The notes below the pieces were generated by a model. It had not been told where the DNA came from. It was given only the letters and a program-made list of their open reading frames with translations, and made no database searches. Positions 1 through 8,183 of a stretch of DNA of 32,938 bases are shown here, piece by piece. How positions within the stretch are numbered: the first letter of the stretch is position 1; each line of letters opens with the position of its first letter. The position numbers and the translations under genes were made by a program. Location: the sequence record DRR723986_8438. One strand, 5' to 3'.

Positions 1-1917
1 GCCACCGCCGCAGAATGGCGTCTCACTATTTGGGTCAAACGCACTACAGATCGCATCCTGACCGTCGGTTAAGCACTGCTGCGGATTCGACGCATCGTCA
101 CAGAGTTCGCCCAAAACCTCCTCTATCTGCGATGGAAATTCCGGCTCACCCTCCAAGGGCAAGAGGCACTGTGTTTCAGGGTCTTGGTCGGCACAGGCCT
201 GCAGCTGGCTAAAGACCTCCTCAAATTGCTCTGGATTCGGGGAGAAATCCTCGTACGGCAGCGGGCACGCTGTGTCGGGGTCGCCGTCAGTACAAATTGC
301 AAAACACTGCTGGTAGGTACCGGGATCGGCTGGATCACAAACCGCAGGCGCGGGCGCAACAACGACGCTGACATGGTCGTCTGCACTGAGTGCGCCATCA
401 CTCACTGTTACTTTGAATGTCAGGGTTCTTGACTCGCTAACATCTGGTGCCGTGAAACTGGCAACCTTTGTATCGGCACCAGTGAGCTGGATATCCGTAT
501 CGTCAGTCTGCTCCCAAGAATAGCTAAGCTCGTCGCCATCAGCGTCACTTGAAGCACTGGCGTCGAGAGTGACACTCTCGCCGGCTATAGCATTTTGGTC
601 ATCGCCTGCATTAGCAACAGGAGACACATTTTCGGGCTCGGTATCCTCAGGACTTACGTTGATCGTGATGTCATCAAAATCGGTCGCCGATTCGTTATCC
701 GAAACCGTCAGGCGAAAACGCAGCTGAGTAATTACGTCAACGCTCGGCGCCGTGAAACTGGCCTCAGCGGTATCGCCATTTTGCAGCGCAACACCATTGC
801 TAACCGAGTTTCCATCCTCGTCGATTTGCGACCAGCTATAACTTGTTATCTGACCATCCAGGTCTTCACTATTACTGCCGTCGAGTACAACAACTTCGCC
901 TGACTCAACATTTTGGTCGACACCGGCATTGGCCACAGGCCGCGCATTTCCACCACCACTGCTGTCGCGCACTAGTACAGCAACGGTATCGCTGGCTCGG
1001 TCGCCATCGTTGTCAGTCGCCGTTAATGAAAAATAAAAGATTCTGTCTTGATCGACTTCCGGCGCGGTGAAGCTGGCCGTTAAGGAACCGGGATTATTGA
1101 TTTCGATGCTGCCATTAATCGCAACACCATTGCGGTCAGTCTGCTGCCAGAGCGTGCCCGTGACATTGCCGTCGTTATCTTGCGCACTTCCCTGCAGGGT
1201 AACGCTGCCGGCTTCAGCAACGACCAGGTCAGCACCAGCACTGACGATAGGCAGCTCATTGATATTGCCAGTGCGCCGCTGCTCTTCAGTGTCTTTTACT
1301 TCGCTTCGAGCCGCGTCCTCGTCGACAATATTACTTTCACTGCAGGCGGGTATCCCTCTCGCCGCTTTTACTTCGCAGATAAATTTCACTGCCGGTTTAT
1401 CACTGTCGGCAAACATATCCGGGTCAGTGAAGTCGATGCTATTGACGTAAGCACTAACTTTTTGGGCTGCCTCTGACGGAATTTGTATACCGTTGCCACT
1501 ATCGCCATCCACGTCCAGAGACTGGAGCAGGCGCGCCAGGTTTACGATCGCCGGAAAGTCATCCAACACCTCATCGGTGCTGCTACCACTGTTCGCCGCT
1601 GCCCGAGCACCATCAACAAGATCCAGCAAGGTAATAATGGCGGCCCCTTGCGCACTCCCTAGCGAAAGCCCTCCAAGCCGGAAGGAGACAGCGTCGCCCT
1701 GGCGGTAGGAAAATACCCCATTCACATTGGTGAGACCGCTGATCGACGAGCTGCTAACGAAGCCCGCACCCTTAACCGGGCTATCTATCAGCCGCCCCTG
1801 TTCGATAGGTTTAGGTGATGTCGTACCGCCACCAGAATTAGAGCTTGAGGAAGAGGAACCTCCGCAGGCAGCAAGACCAACGGACAATACCGCAATGGCA
1901 AACTTTGATAATGACAT
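1..1917 (-). CDS. Large lipoprotein (partial, runs off the left edge): N-terminal module, three PKD/K319-like Ig repeats, and an acidic Cys-rich region
   Basis: Not in the ORF track. Manual translation from ATG at 1917 stays open to position 1 (639 codons). It begins MSLSKFAIAVLSVGLAAC-GGSSSSSSNSGGG (lipobox LAAC plus Ser/Gly tether). Next come IDSPVKG...GVFSYRQGDAVSFRLGGLSLG...LARLLQSLDVDGDSGNGIQI, three PVANAGxDQ-type repeats, and a Cys-rich tail. Confidence 0.88.
   Translation of the reverse strand, partial: MSLSKFAIAVLSVGLAACGGSSSSSSNSGGGTTSPKPIEQGRLIDSPVKGAGFVSSSSISGLTNVNGVFSYRQGDAVSFRLGGLSLGSAQGAAIITLLDLVDGARAAANSGSSTDEVLDDFPAIVNLARLLQSLDVDGDSGNGIQIPSEAAQKVSAYVNSIDFTDPDMFADSDKPAVKFICEVKAARGIPACSESNIVDEDAARSEVKDTEEQRRTGNINELPIVSAGADLVVAEAGSVTLQGSAQDNDGNVTGTLWQQTDRNGVAINGSIEINNPGSLTASFTAPEVDQDRIFYFSLTATDNDGDRASDTVAVLVRDSSGGGNARPVANAGVDQNVESGEVVVLDGSNSEDLDGQITSYSWSQIDEDGNSVSNGVALQNGDTAEASFTAPSVDVITQLRFRLTVSDNESATDFDDITINVSPEDTEPENVSPVANAGDDQNAIAGESVTLDASASSDADGDELSYSWEQTDDTDIQLTGADTKVASFTAPDVSESRTLTFKVTVSDGALSADDHVSVVVAPAPAVCDPADPGTYQQCFAICTDGDPDTACPLPYEDFSPNPEQFEEVFSQLQACADQDPETQCLLPLEGEPEFPSQIEEVLGELCDDASNPQQCLTDGQDAICSAFDPNSETPFCGGG
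358..1260 (-). repeat. Three ~90-105 aa PKD/K319-like repeats within the lipoprotein
   Basis: Units start NELPIVSAGADL (1260), NARPVANAGVDQ (948) and NVSPVANAGDDQ (630). Each contains W-x-Q, ASFTAP and F-x-(L/V)T(A/V)(T/S)D motifs. Confidence 0.85.
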
Positions 1918-2117
1918 ATGAACCCCGGTTGGGCCGGAAGGCCTGTTTCTTCTTGAAACACTCAAAATGCCTACCTGCGCAACCAAGGCGAGGTCTGACA
2001 TTCCATTATTATTTTTCTAAACTTTTACGTTAAGTTGCACATCAGGTCAAGAAGTGTGCCGTAGCACCAAAGAGGAAAGGTTATTTCTGTGAGCCAATCG
2101 CACAATCGTGCGGCGGG

Positions 2118-2143
2118 TGTAACAAAGTGGCGGCGTGTGCGTC
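2118..2143 (+). promoter_or_regulatory. Candidate ECF sigma-factor promoter for the redoxin gene
   Basis: TGTAAC-N16-CGTC, ending about 40 nt before the ATG at 2183. Fits the generic ECF AAC-N16/17-CGT layout. Confidence 0.4.
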
Positions 2144-2182
2144 ACACAGGTCGATATGTAAGACCTTAACATTGGAGACAGT

Positions 2183-2728
2183 ATGACAGTACAAGCCGGC
2201 GACCGTGCCCTACCCCTACGCCTGACCGCCATAAATGGTGAGGAGTTTGACATAGCCAGCTTAGCAGGCCGACCGTATATGCTGTCGTTCTTTCGCTTTG
2301 CCAGCTGCCCTTTTTGCAATATGCGGGTTCATGAACTGGTAAAGCGTTTCGATGAATTTACTAACGATTTTACGGTGGTCGCGGTATTTGACTCGCCGCT
2401 GGACAACCTTCAGGAGCACGCAGCTGACCATCACGCCCCCTTCCCAATTCTCGCCGATGAAACCGGCCAATACTACGAGCGCTACTCAGTGCAACGCTCA
2501 ATACTCGGGGTGATAAAGGGTATGCTGACGCGCATGCCCACAGCGATACGCGGCATGTGCAAAGGCTATGTGCCGACTACGATCAAGGGCAATATGACAA
2601 CCATGCCGGCCAATTTTTTAATTGACCGCGACGGTATTGTTCGCGTTGCTCACTATGGCAAAGACGAAGGCGATCACCTGCCCTTCGATGACCTGCTGGC
2701 GTTTTGCGCCACCCAGGACAACGCCTAG
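2183..2728 (+). CDS. Peroxiredoxin-like redoxin (AhpC/TSA family)
   Basis: FFRFASCPFC (CxxC), FPILADE, MPANFLIDRDGIVR motifs; GGAG RBS upstream. Confidence 0.85.
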   Translation: MTVQAGDRALPLRLTAINGEEFDIASLAGRPYMLSFFRFASCPFCNMRVHELVKRFDEFTNDFTVVAVFDSPLDNLQEHAADHHAPFPILADETGQYYERYSVQRSILGVIKGMLTRMPTAIRGMCKGYVPTTIKGNMTTMPANFLIDRDGIVRVAHYGKDEGDHLPFDDLLAFCATQDNA

Positions 2729-4227
2729 CAGTGTCTCAAGTCGTGGCGGTTTCGCTCGCGAGTATGCCGGGAGATCGCCTCGTAGTCGGCGAGCAGGATG
2801 TCACTACTGCGAGCCGGCTTGGCGCACAACTGGCAGGCAATCTGCGGCTTGGCACTTATCTCAAAACTGTCCTGAAGTGAGAAGTCGCCGGTAATGTACT
2901 GCCGTCCCTCATCGCTCAGGTCCAGCGGCGGCGAGCCATAGTACTCGCCGCGAATCTTGCCGGGGCTAACCGCATAGCGGCAAAAGCCAACGCCAATAAA
3001 TTCAGCCGCAGACCAAATTTGCGGGCCATTTTCATCGAACAGGCGAATGGAAGCGCCACCCGTTCCCACCAGCACCTGCACATAACCAAGGGGGTTGGGC
3101 AGCCCCAGCCCCATCGGTTTGGAGCGCTGATAGACATGGTCGTGCCCCACCGCTAACAGATCAACGCCATAGCGCAGCATAATGTTCTCTTCTAGCGCCA
3201 CCAACGTGGGGTTAGCCGGGCTGCGACCGAGCTGATCAGTCCAGATTGTGTAGTGCTGCATAACAACAATAAAGTCGATCTCACCCCGCGCTCGACGCAG
3301 TGCAGCCTGAGCCAGGTCGACCTCAATATTGATAATTTCTTCAACGAGGGTGCCGTCGTTGATCAAGGCCCCGGCCGTTGTTACAAGAAAATGCACGCGG
3401 TTGTAGTCGAAGGAATAGAACGAGCTGCCGGGGCTCCCCTGACCAATCACCGAACTCAATGGTTTGGGCGGGTGGGTAAAGCGGTTTTTAAAAGCCTCGC
3501 CACCAAAATCCTTTTGCTCGTGATTGCCCGGCGCGGTCATGGTAATGCGGTGAGCCAGCAGCGGCTCCATTTGCTCAAACCAGGTATCCCAGATTGGCTG
3601 GTCGCCATTCGCGTAGCTGAGATCCCCAGCAATCATAATCAGGTCTGCGGGTGTTTTTAGTACTTCGGCCGTCAATTGCTGGGGCAGGTCACCAATACCG
3701 TGATCGCCAAAGTGGATAAAACTCCACTCGCCGCGCGGCGACGGTGCAACCACATACACCGGAGACCAACCGCCCTCATCTGAGCCCACGCGGTAACGCA
3801 TGGGCTTTTCAGCATCAATCCCCGCTGCCGTTGCGCGGTGAGTAAAACTCTCTACCCCCGGCGTTTCGTCGGCACTCGCATCGACGAAGTGCTCGAACAC
3901 CTGCTCGGCGATATCAGCTTCGCTCATGCCCTCTTCAACCACACCAAACTCTAAACGAGACTGCGGCGGTTCAAGGCCATCGGTAAACCACGTTACCGTG
4001 CGCGAGGTGTGGCTGTCGCCAACAAAGCTGAGGTGCAAACCTCTTGGCGGGATGGGGCCGGGTTCAGCACTATCGGGTATCGGCTCAGGCTGCGGGGCCG
4101 GGGGAAGTGGCGAATCGACAGGGCCGCTGCTTGATGAGCTGCCCGAGGAGCCCCCACACGCGCTTAGAGCCAGACCTGCCATGCTACCCGCCAAAAAACG
4201 GCGACGACTTAAACTGCTTGAAGACAC
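2725..4227 (-). CDS. Purple acid phosphatase-family metallophosphoesterase, predicted Tat-exported lipoprotein
   Basis: All five PAP motifs occur in order: GDHG, GDLSY, GNHE, VMQH, GHDH. It has an FN3-like N-domain (PRGLHLSF...VTW), twin-arginine SRRRFL and lipobox LSAC. GTG start at 4227 is preferred because GGGGGGAG lies just upstream. Confidence 0.88.
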   Translation of the reverse strand: MSSSSLSRRRFLAGSMAGLALSACGGSSGSSSSSGPVDSPLPPAPQPEPIPDSAEPGPIPPRGLHLSFVGDSHTSRTVTWFTDGLEPPQSRLEFGVVEEGMSEADIAEQVFEHFVDASADETPGVESFTHRATAAGIDAEKPMRYRVGSDEGGWSPVYVVAPSPRGEWSFIHFGDHGIGDLPQQLTAEVLKTPADLIMIAGDLSYANGDQPIWDTWFEQMEPLLAHRITMTAPGNHEQKDFGGEAFKNRFTHPPKPLSSVIGQGSPGSSFYSFDYNRVHFLVTTAGALINDGTLVEEIINIEVDLAQAALRRARGEIDFIVVMQHYTIWTDQLGRSPANPTLVALEENIMLRYGVDLLAVGHDHVYQRSKPMGLGLPNPLGYVQVLVGTGGASIRLFDENGPQIWSAAEFIGVGFCRYAVSPGKIRGEYYGSPPLDLSDEGRQYITGDFSLQDSFEISAKPQIACQLCAKPARSSDILLADYEAISRHTRERNRHDLRHC

Positions 4228-4284
4228 AACGGCTCCCCCCGAAATCAATATCGCGGGGAGTGTAGGTGGCCAATATGAAAATCT

Positions 4285-4308
4285 GGTGACAGCCCAGTAA
4301 CTGCCACC
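4285..4308 (-). other. Intergenic stem-loop after the TonB receptor (mRNA stabiliser or weak terminator)
   Basis: Minus strand GGTGGCAG-TTACTGGG-CTGTCACC (8-bp stem with one G-U), followed by AGATTTT. Confidence 0.4.
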
Positions 4309-4320
4309 GGGAAACGCGAT

Positions 4321-6591
4321 TTAGAAAAAGGCCTTAAAGTCGACCCCGTAGGTGAGTGGGTCAACAATGCCCACGTGGTAGGTGCCCAGTACATCGCCGG
4401 TTAAACCGCCGGGCTGCGAAACCCGCTCGTTTTTCAAGAGGTTTTTACCCCACACCGCAAACTCATAGCCCCCTGACGGAGTGATAAAACTCACGCGGGC
4501 ATTGAGCAGTTCGGTATCATCGCCGTAACCGGGGACACGGTTAAACTCATCCAGGTGGTCCTCGTTCTCGCGGTCTGTATTCTCCTCGTACACATAGTCG
4601 AGGTGAAACAGCACGGTACCCGCAGCAAGTTCTGGCGACCAATCCAGGGTGAGCGTGTATTCCTGAGGTGTTGTCGCCGAACGATTGTCGGCGGTAACAA
4701 AATTACCCTGCGCATCGTAGTGCGCCTCGCGGCTGGACTCCTGCTCGCGGTAGGTGTAAATCACGCCAAAGCGGAGCGACTCGGTGGCCAACCAATCTAA
4801 GGTCAGCTCGACACCACTGATATCTTCATCGGTGTTAATCACCGTCGGCACCGCCGCACCACTGCCCGGCTGCTGCGACTCAATAGCCTCCTGGCGGTCG
4901 TCGATGGTCATTTGGAATAACGCCAACTGCGTTCGAATCGTCGTGGCTAAAAAGTCGCCTTTTATCCCCAGCTCATAGTTATTAACGACCTCTGGTTCCA
5001 GGGGAACATCCCCCGAGCCGGGGTTTAACGAGTCGTAGCCACCAGACTTGTAACCCGTAGAGTAACTGGCGAAGGCCATCGCTCCCTCGGCCAGCTGATA
5101 GTTCGCCACCAGGCGGCCGGTAATTTTGTCCCAGCTTTCGCTGGCACGCTCAACACCATTGGTGTTGAAGAAAAAGTTTTCCCCTTGTAATTGCGACAGC
5201 GGGAAATCGGTAAGCGGTGCATCCCAGCTGAACTGCTTGTCATCTTTGCTGTAGCGCAAACCGGCTAGAATATTCAGCCGGTCCGTCACCGTAAAATCGA
5301 CGTCTGAGTAAACGCCGTAGTTTTCAAAGTCACCGATATTGGTCATCGTCTCGGTAACATAATTACCGGCAATCACCCCTCCGATTAACGAGTTGAGCAC
5401 GTTGGCGGGCAGGCCCAACATGTCGGAGGCCAGCTCGACAACGGCGCCATAACTAAAGGTTAACGCGGTGAGCTGGTAGGTATCTTCGGTGCTGTAGTTA
5501 ACACCGAAAACCATATCGACATTTTCCAGTGCGATATTGAGCTGCGCTTCTAGGTAGCTAATATCGGAGTCTTCAACGTTGTTGGTATCTACATAAACAT
5601 CTTCAACGGCAGTACCGTCTTCATCTTGCAAATTATAGGTTTCAAATTCGCGGTGGCTAGCGATCAGGCTTAAGGTACTGGCATCGTTCACATCAAACCA
5701 GAGTTTGCCGACCACGCCGTACATATCGCGACGCTCACCAGGATTGCGCGCATCGGTACTGACTTTTCTATCCGTTGGGTCGGGAAAATCCGCGTATTGC
5801 TCGCTAATTCCCATCATCGCCTGCGGGCCGTTATCGACCTTGTCGTAATCGGCAGACAGCTGCATACGCAGCCGATCACTGGCCTGCCACAACAGTGATA
5901 CTTTGGCGAATTGGTTATCCTGCTCTCGCGGGTCTGGCCGCGATGGCCCCTTATTGTCGACCACGGCATCGCGCTGGTTGTGCAGCACATTGACTCGCAA
6001 AGCCAGATTGTCGCTCAGCGGCACATTCCCCATGCCCTCAATGCGAACGAGGCCGTAATTCCCGAGTTTCGCGGAGAGAAAGCCCTCGCGCGCTTCAGGG
6101 TCGGGAAGGTTGGAAACGAAGCTGACCACGCCTGCTGCGGCATTACGCCCAAACAGCGTGCCCTGCGGGCCTTTCAAAACCTCGACACGGCCCATATCTG
6201 AAAATGGCACCGTTATCGCCGCACGAGGAAGGTAGACACCATCCAAGAATGTGGCGACGGAGGGGTCACCACCGGTGCTGATGTTAGAACTTTCAATACC
6301 GCGGATCACAAAGGAGGACTGGGTAACACCGCCAGCATCCTGAATGTTAGTCCCCACTTTCAAGCCGGGAATATAGGCTTGAATGTCGGTCATGGTTAAG
6401 GCCCCGGTATTTTCCAGATCCTGGGTACTGAAGGTATCCACGGTTACCGGCACCGTCATGGCACTCTGCTCCCGCTTCTGCGCGGTGACCACAACTTCCT
6501 CTAGGGCGAGGTTGTTTGCCGCCTGCGCGCCTGTTGCCACTAAGGTCGCGGCGATTGCTGCGCCTATTCGCGCTCGATGCCCTGCCTTCAT
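4321..6591 (-). CDS. TonB-dependent outer-membrane receptor
   Basis: Signal peptide (AQA), TonB box LEEVVVTAQKRE, plug motif VEVLKGPQGTLFGRNAAAG, C-terminal YGVDFKAFF ending in Phe; 756 aa. Confidence 0.95.
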   Translation of the reverse strand: MKAGHRARIGAAIAATLVATGAQAANNLALEEVVVTAQKREQSAMTVPVTVDTFSTQDLENTGALTMTDIQAYIPGLKVGTNIQDAGGVTQSSFVIRGIESSNISTGGDPSVATFLDGVYLPRAAITVPFSDMGRVEVLKGPQGTLFGRNAAAGVVSFVSNLPDPEAREGFLSAKLGNYGLVRIEGMGNVPLSDNLALRVNVLHNQRDAVVDNKGPSRPDPREQDNQFAKVSLLWQASDRLRMQLSADYDKVDNGPQAMMGISEQYADFPDPTDRKVSTDARNPGERRDMYGVVGKLWFDVNDASTLSLIASHREFETYNLQDEDGTAVEDVYVDTNNVEDSDISYLEAQLNIALENVDMVFGVNYSTEDTYQLTALTFSYGAVVELASDMLGLPANVLNSLIGGVIAGNYVTETMTNIGDFENYGVYSDVDFTVTDRLNILAGLRYSKDDKQFSWDAPLTDFPLSQLQGENFFFNTNGVERASESWDKITGRLVANYQLAEGAMAFASYSTGYKSGGYDSLNPGSGDVPLEPEVVNNYELGIKGDFLATTIRTQLALFQMTIDDRQEAIESQQPGSGAAVPTVINTDEDISGVELTLDWLATESLRFGVIYTYREQESSREAHYDAQGNFVTADNRSATTPQEYTLTLDWSPELAAGTVLFHLDYVYEENTDRENEDHLDEFNRVPGYGDDTELLNARVSFITPSGGYEFAVWGKNLLKNERVSQPGGLTGDVLGTYHVGIVDPLTYGVDFKAFF

Positions 6592-6700
6592 GCTTTACCC
6601 TCTTCGCTTCTCACCATGCTGCGCGGCGGCTTGCATTCGAAAAGAAGAGCGGCGTTCTGGCGACGCCGTCACAACTCACAAGCCTCGGTCGTTTACCTCG

Positions 6701-6760
6701 TACTTTTTAATCTCTTACTTCTCAATCTCTTACTTCTCAATCTCTTATCTCTCAATCTCT
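6701..6760. repeat. Four tandem copies of a 15-bp unit spanning the stop codon of the beta-helix gene
   Basis: TACTTTTTAATCTCT / TACTTCTCAATCTCT / TACTTCTCAATCTCT / TATCTCTCAATCTCT. Confidence 0.92.
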
Positions 6761-8142
6761 AGCATATATTCTGCCACTTTGCGCCTTAACTCCTCCGATA
6801 GATGCGACTGAGTTGGCATAGGCGGATAATCCGGGCGAATCTTGTGTGGCTCAGCAATATAATTGGCAATGCCCTCTGGGTTCTTGTGGTACAGGGCTTG
6901 GATCGCCAGCGTGGGCGGCCCAATCATCCGCATATTGTAGGCGTGACACCCCGCACAAATACCTTGATAAAGCCGCTTAGTACGGTCCTCATCATTTTCG
7001 ATTTCTCGTGGCGGTGCACCATCAGCAAGCAGGTAGGTATCAATATCGTGCGTATTAGTTCGCTCGCACTTGCTCCATTTCTTTAGGCCAAAGGTGATGT
7101 ACTGTTCTTTTTGCAAGATGCAGTTATCCGGCTCTTGAGCAGAACCGATATTGGCAAAAACATCCGGGCCACGGCGGGTGAATTGCGTGAGCATGGCCGC
7201 TTTAATTTCGGGAACAGGATCAGTGCCGTTGTCATACATTAGGTTATCGAGAATGGCGATGCGGTCCGGGTTCGGCTCAGATTCGGGGTCTGAAGCAATA
7301 TCGGTAACAAAGCCGAGATCGGTAATTACGATACCCGCCGTCGTGTTACCAGAAATGATATTACCCTCGACGATCACATCATCCGCCGCCATGATAACCA
7401 CACCGATACCGCGTGGCACCTTGGCAACAATCGAGCCCGGCGCACCAAAATTTTCGGTATTGTTATTCACCACAAAGTTGTCGCGCAGAATCACATCGTA
7501 GGCGGTTTTAATCGGTAAGCCTGGGGTAATAAATACCAGCAGACCTGCCGTATTGTTGTGAGCATAGTTGTTTTCGACAATCGCATGCCGGGTGTTTTCA
7601 ATTTCAATCCCCGCCACGTTGTCAAACACTTCATTGTGGCGAACCACGACGTTGTCACACATGCCAACGTAGATCGCCGCATCCTCGATGCCACTGAGCA
7701 CGTTGTATTCAATCAGGCCGTTTTTACCGAACTGAGGGAATATGCCGTAGACGCCGGTATCGATAACCCGGTTGTAGCGGATGATGTAGTTATTACCGGC
7801 CTGCCCCATAATGGCATTGCCTTTGTAATGCTTAATGGTCAGCCACTCTACGGTAACGTCGTTACCGGAGTACAAAATCGCGTCATTGCGTTTGTGCTCG
7901 CCGTCGAGTACCGGCCACTCCCCCTCAACCACCACGCCGCGCAGGGTGATATTGTCCTTATCGATATAGACGCTTTCTTTGTAAGTACCGGGGTGAATTA
8001 AAATCACATCCCCGGGCGCAGCCGCGTTCACTGCCTCCTGAATAGATTGGCCATCTTTCACGGCAAGCTCGGCGGCAAAGGCCGCGCCTGAAGTGATTAA
8101 CAAACACAGCCATAGCGCCAACTTGGCAACGGGCTTTTTCAT
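6745..8142 (-). CDS. Secreted right-handed parallel beta-helix protein (TIGR03805-like) fused to a C-terminal class I cytochrome c
   Basis: ATG at 8142 with AAGGAG RBS; signal peptide ending AFA. Motifs SIQEAVNAAAPGD, DAAIYVG, NVAGIEIEN, NNTAGLLVF, NNNTENFGAPGSIVAKVP; C-terminal CAGCH...IGPP...PMP. Confidence 0.85.
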   Translation of the reverse strand: MKKPVAKLALWLCLLITSGAAFAAELAVKDGQSIQEAVNAAAPGDVILIHPGTYKESVYIDKDNITLRGVVVEGEWPVLDGEHKRNDAILYSGNDVTVEWLTIKHYKGNAIMGQAGNNYIIRYNRVIDTGVYGIFPQFGKNGLIEYNVLSGIEDAAIYVGMCDNVVVRHNEVFDNVAGIEIENTRHAIVENNYAHNNTAGLLVFITPGLPIKTAYDVILRDNFVVNNNTENFGAPGSIVAKVPRGIGVVIMAADDVIVEGNIISGNTTAGIVITDLGFVTDIASDPESEPNPDRIAILDNLMYDNGTDPVPEIKAAMLTQFTRRGPDVFANIGSAQEPDNCILQKEQYITFGLKKWSKCERTNTHDIDTYLLADGAPPREIENDEDRTKRLYQGICAGCHAYNMRMIGPPTLAIQALYHKNPEGIANYIAEPHKIRPDYPPMPTQSHLSEELRRKVAEYMLEIER

Positions 8143-8183
8143 GGTTCTGCTCCTTAGGTTTTCTACCCAGGCATTGATTGCTA

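Noticed and set aside
15-1921. Short plus-strand ORFs (15..212, 595..903, 1067..1450 etc.)
   Set aside because: They are antisense shadows of the continuous minus-strand lipoprotein ORF.
2085-2106. CRP-like site TGTGA...GCACA upstream of the PKD lipoprotein
   Set aside because: The spacer is 7 nt rather than 6.
6701-6760. Tandem repeat considered as a CRISPR array
   Set aside because: The units are 15 bp, directly adjacent, with no spacers and no cas genes.
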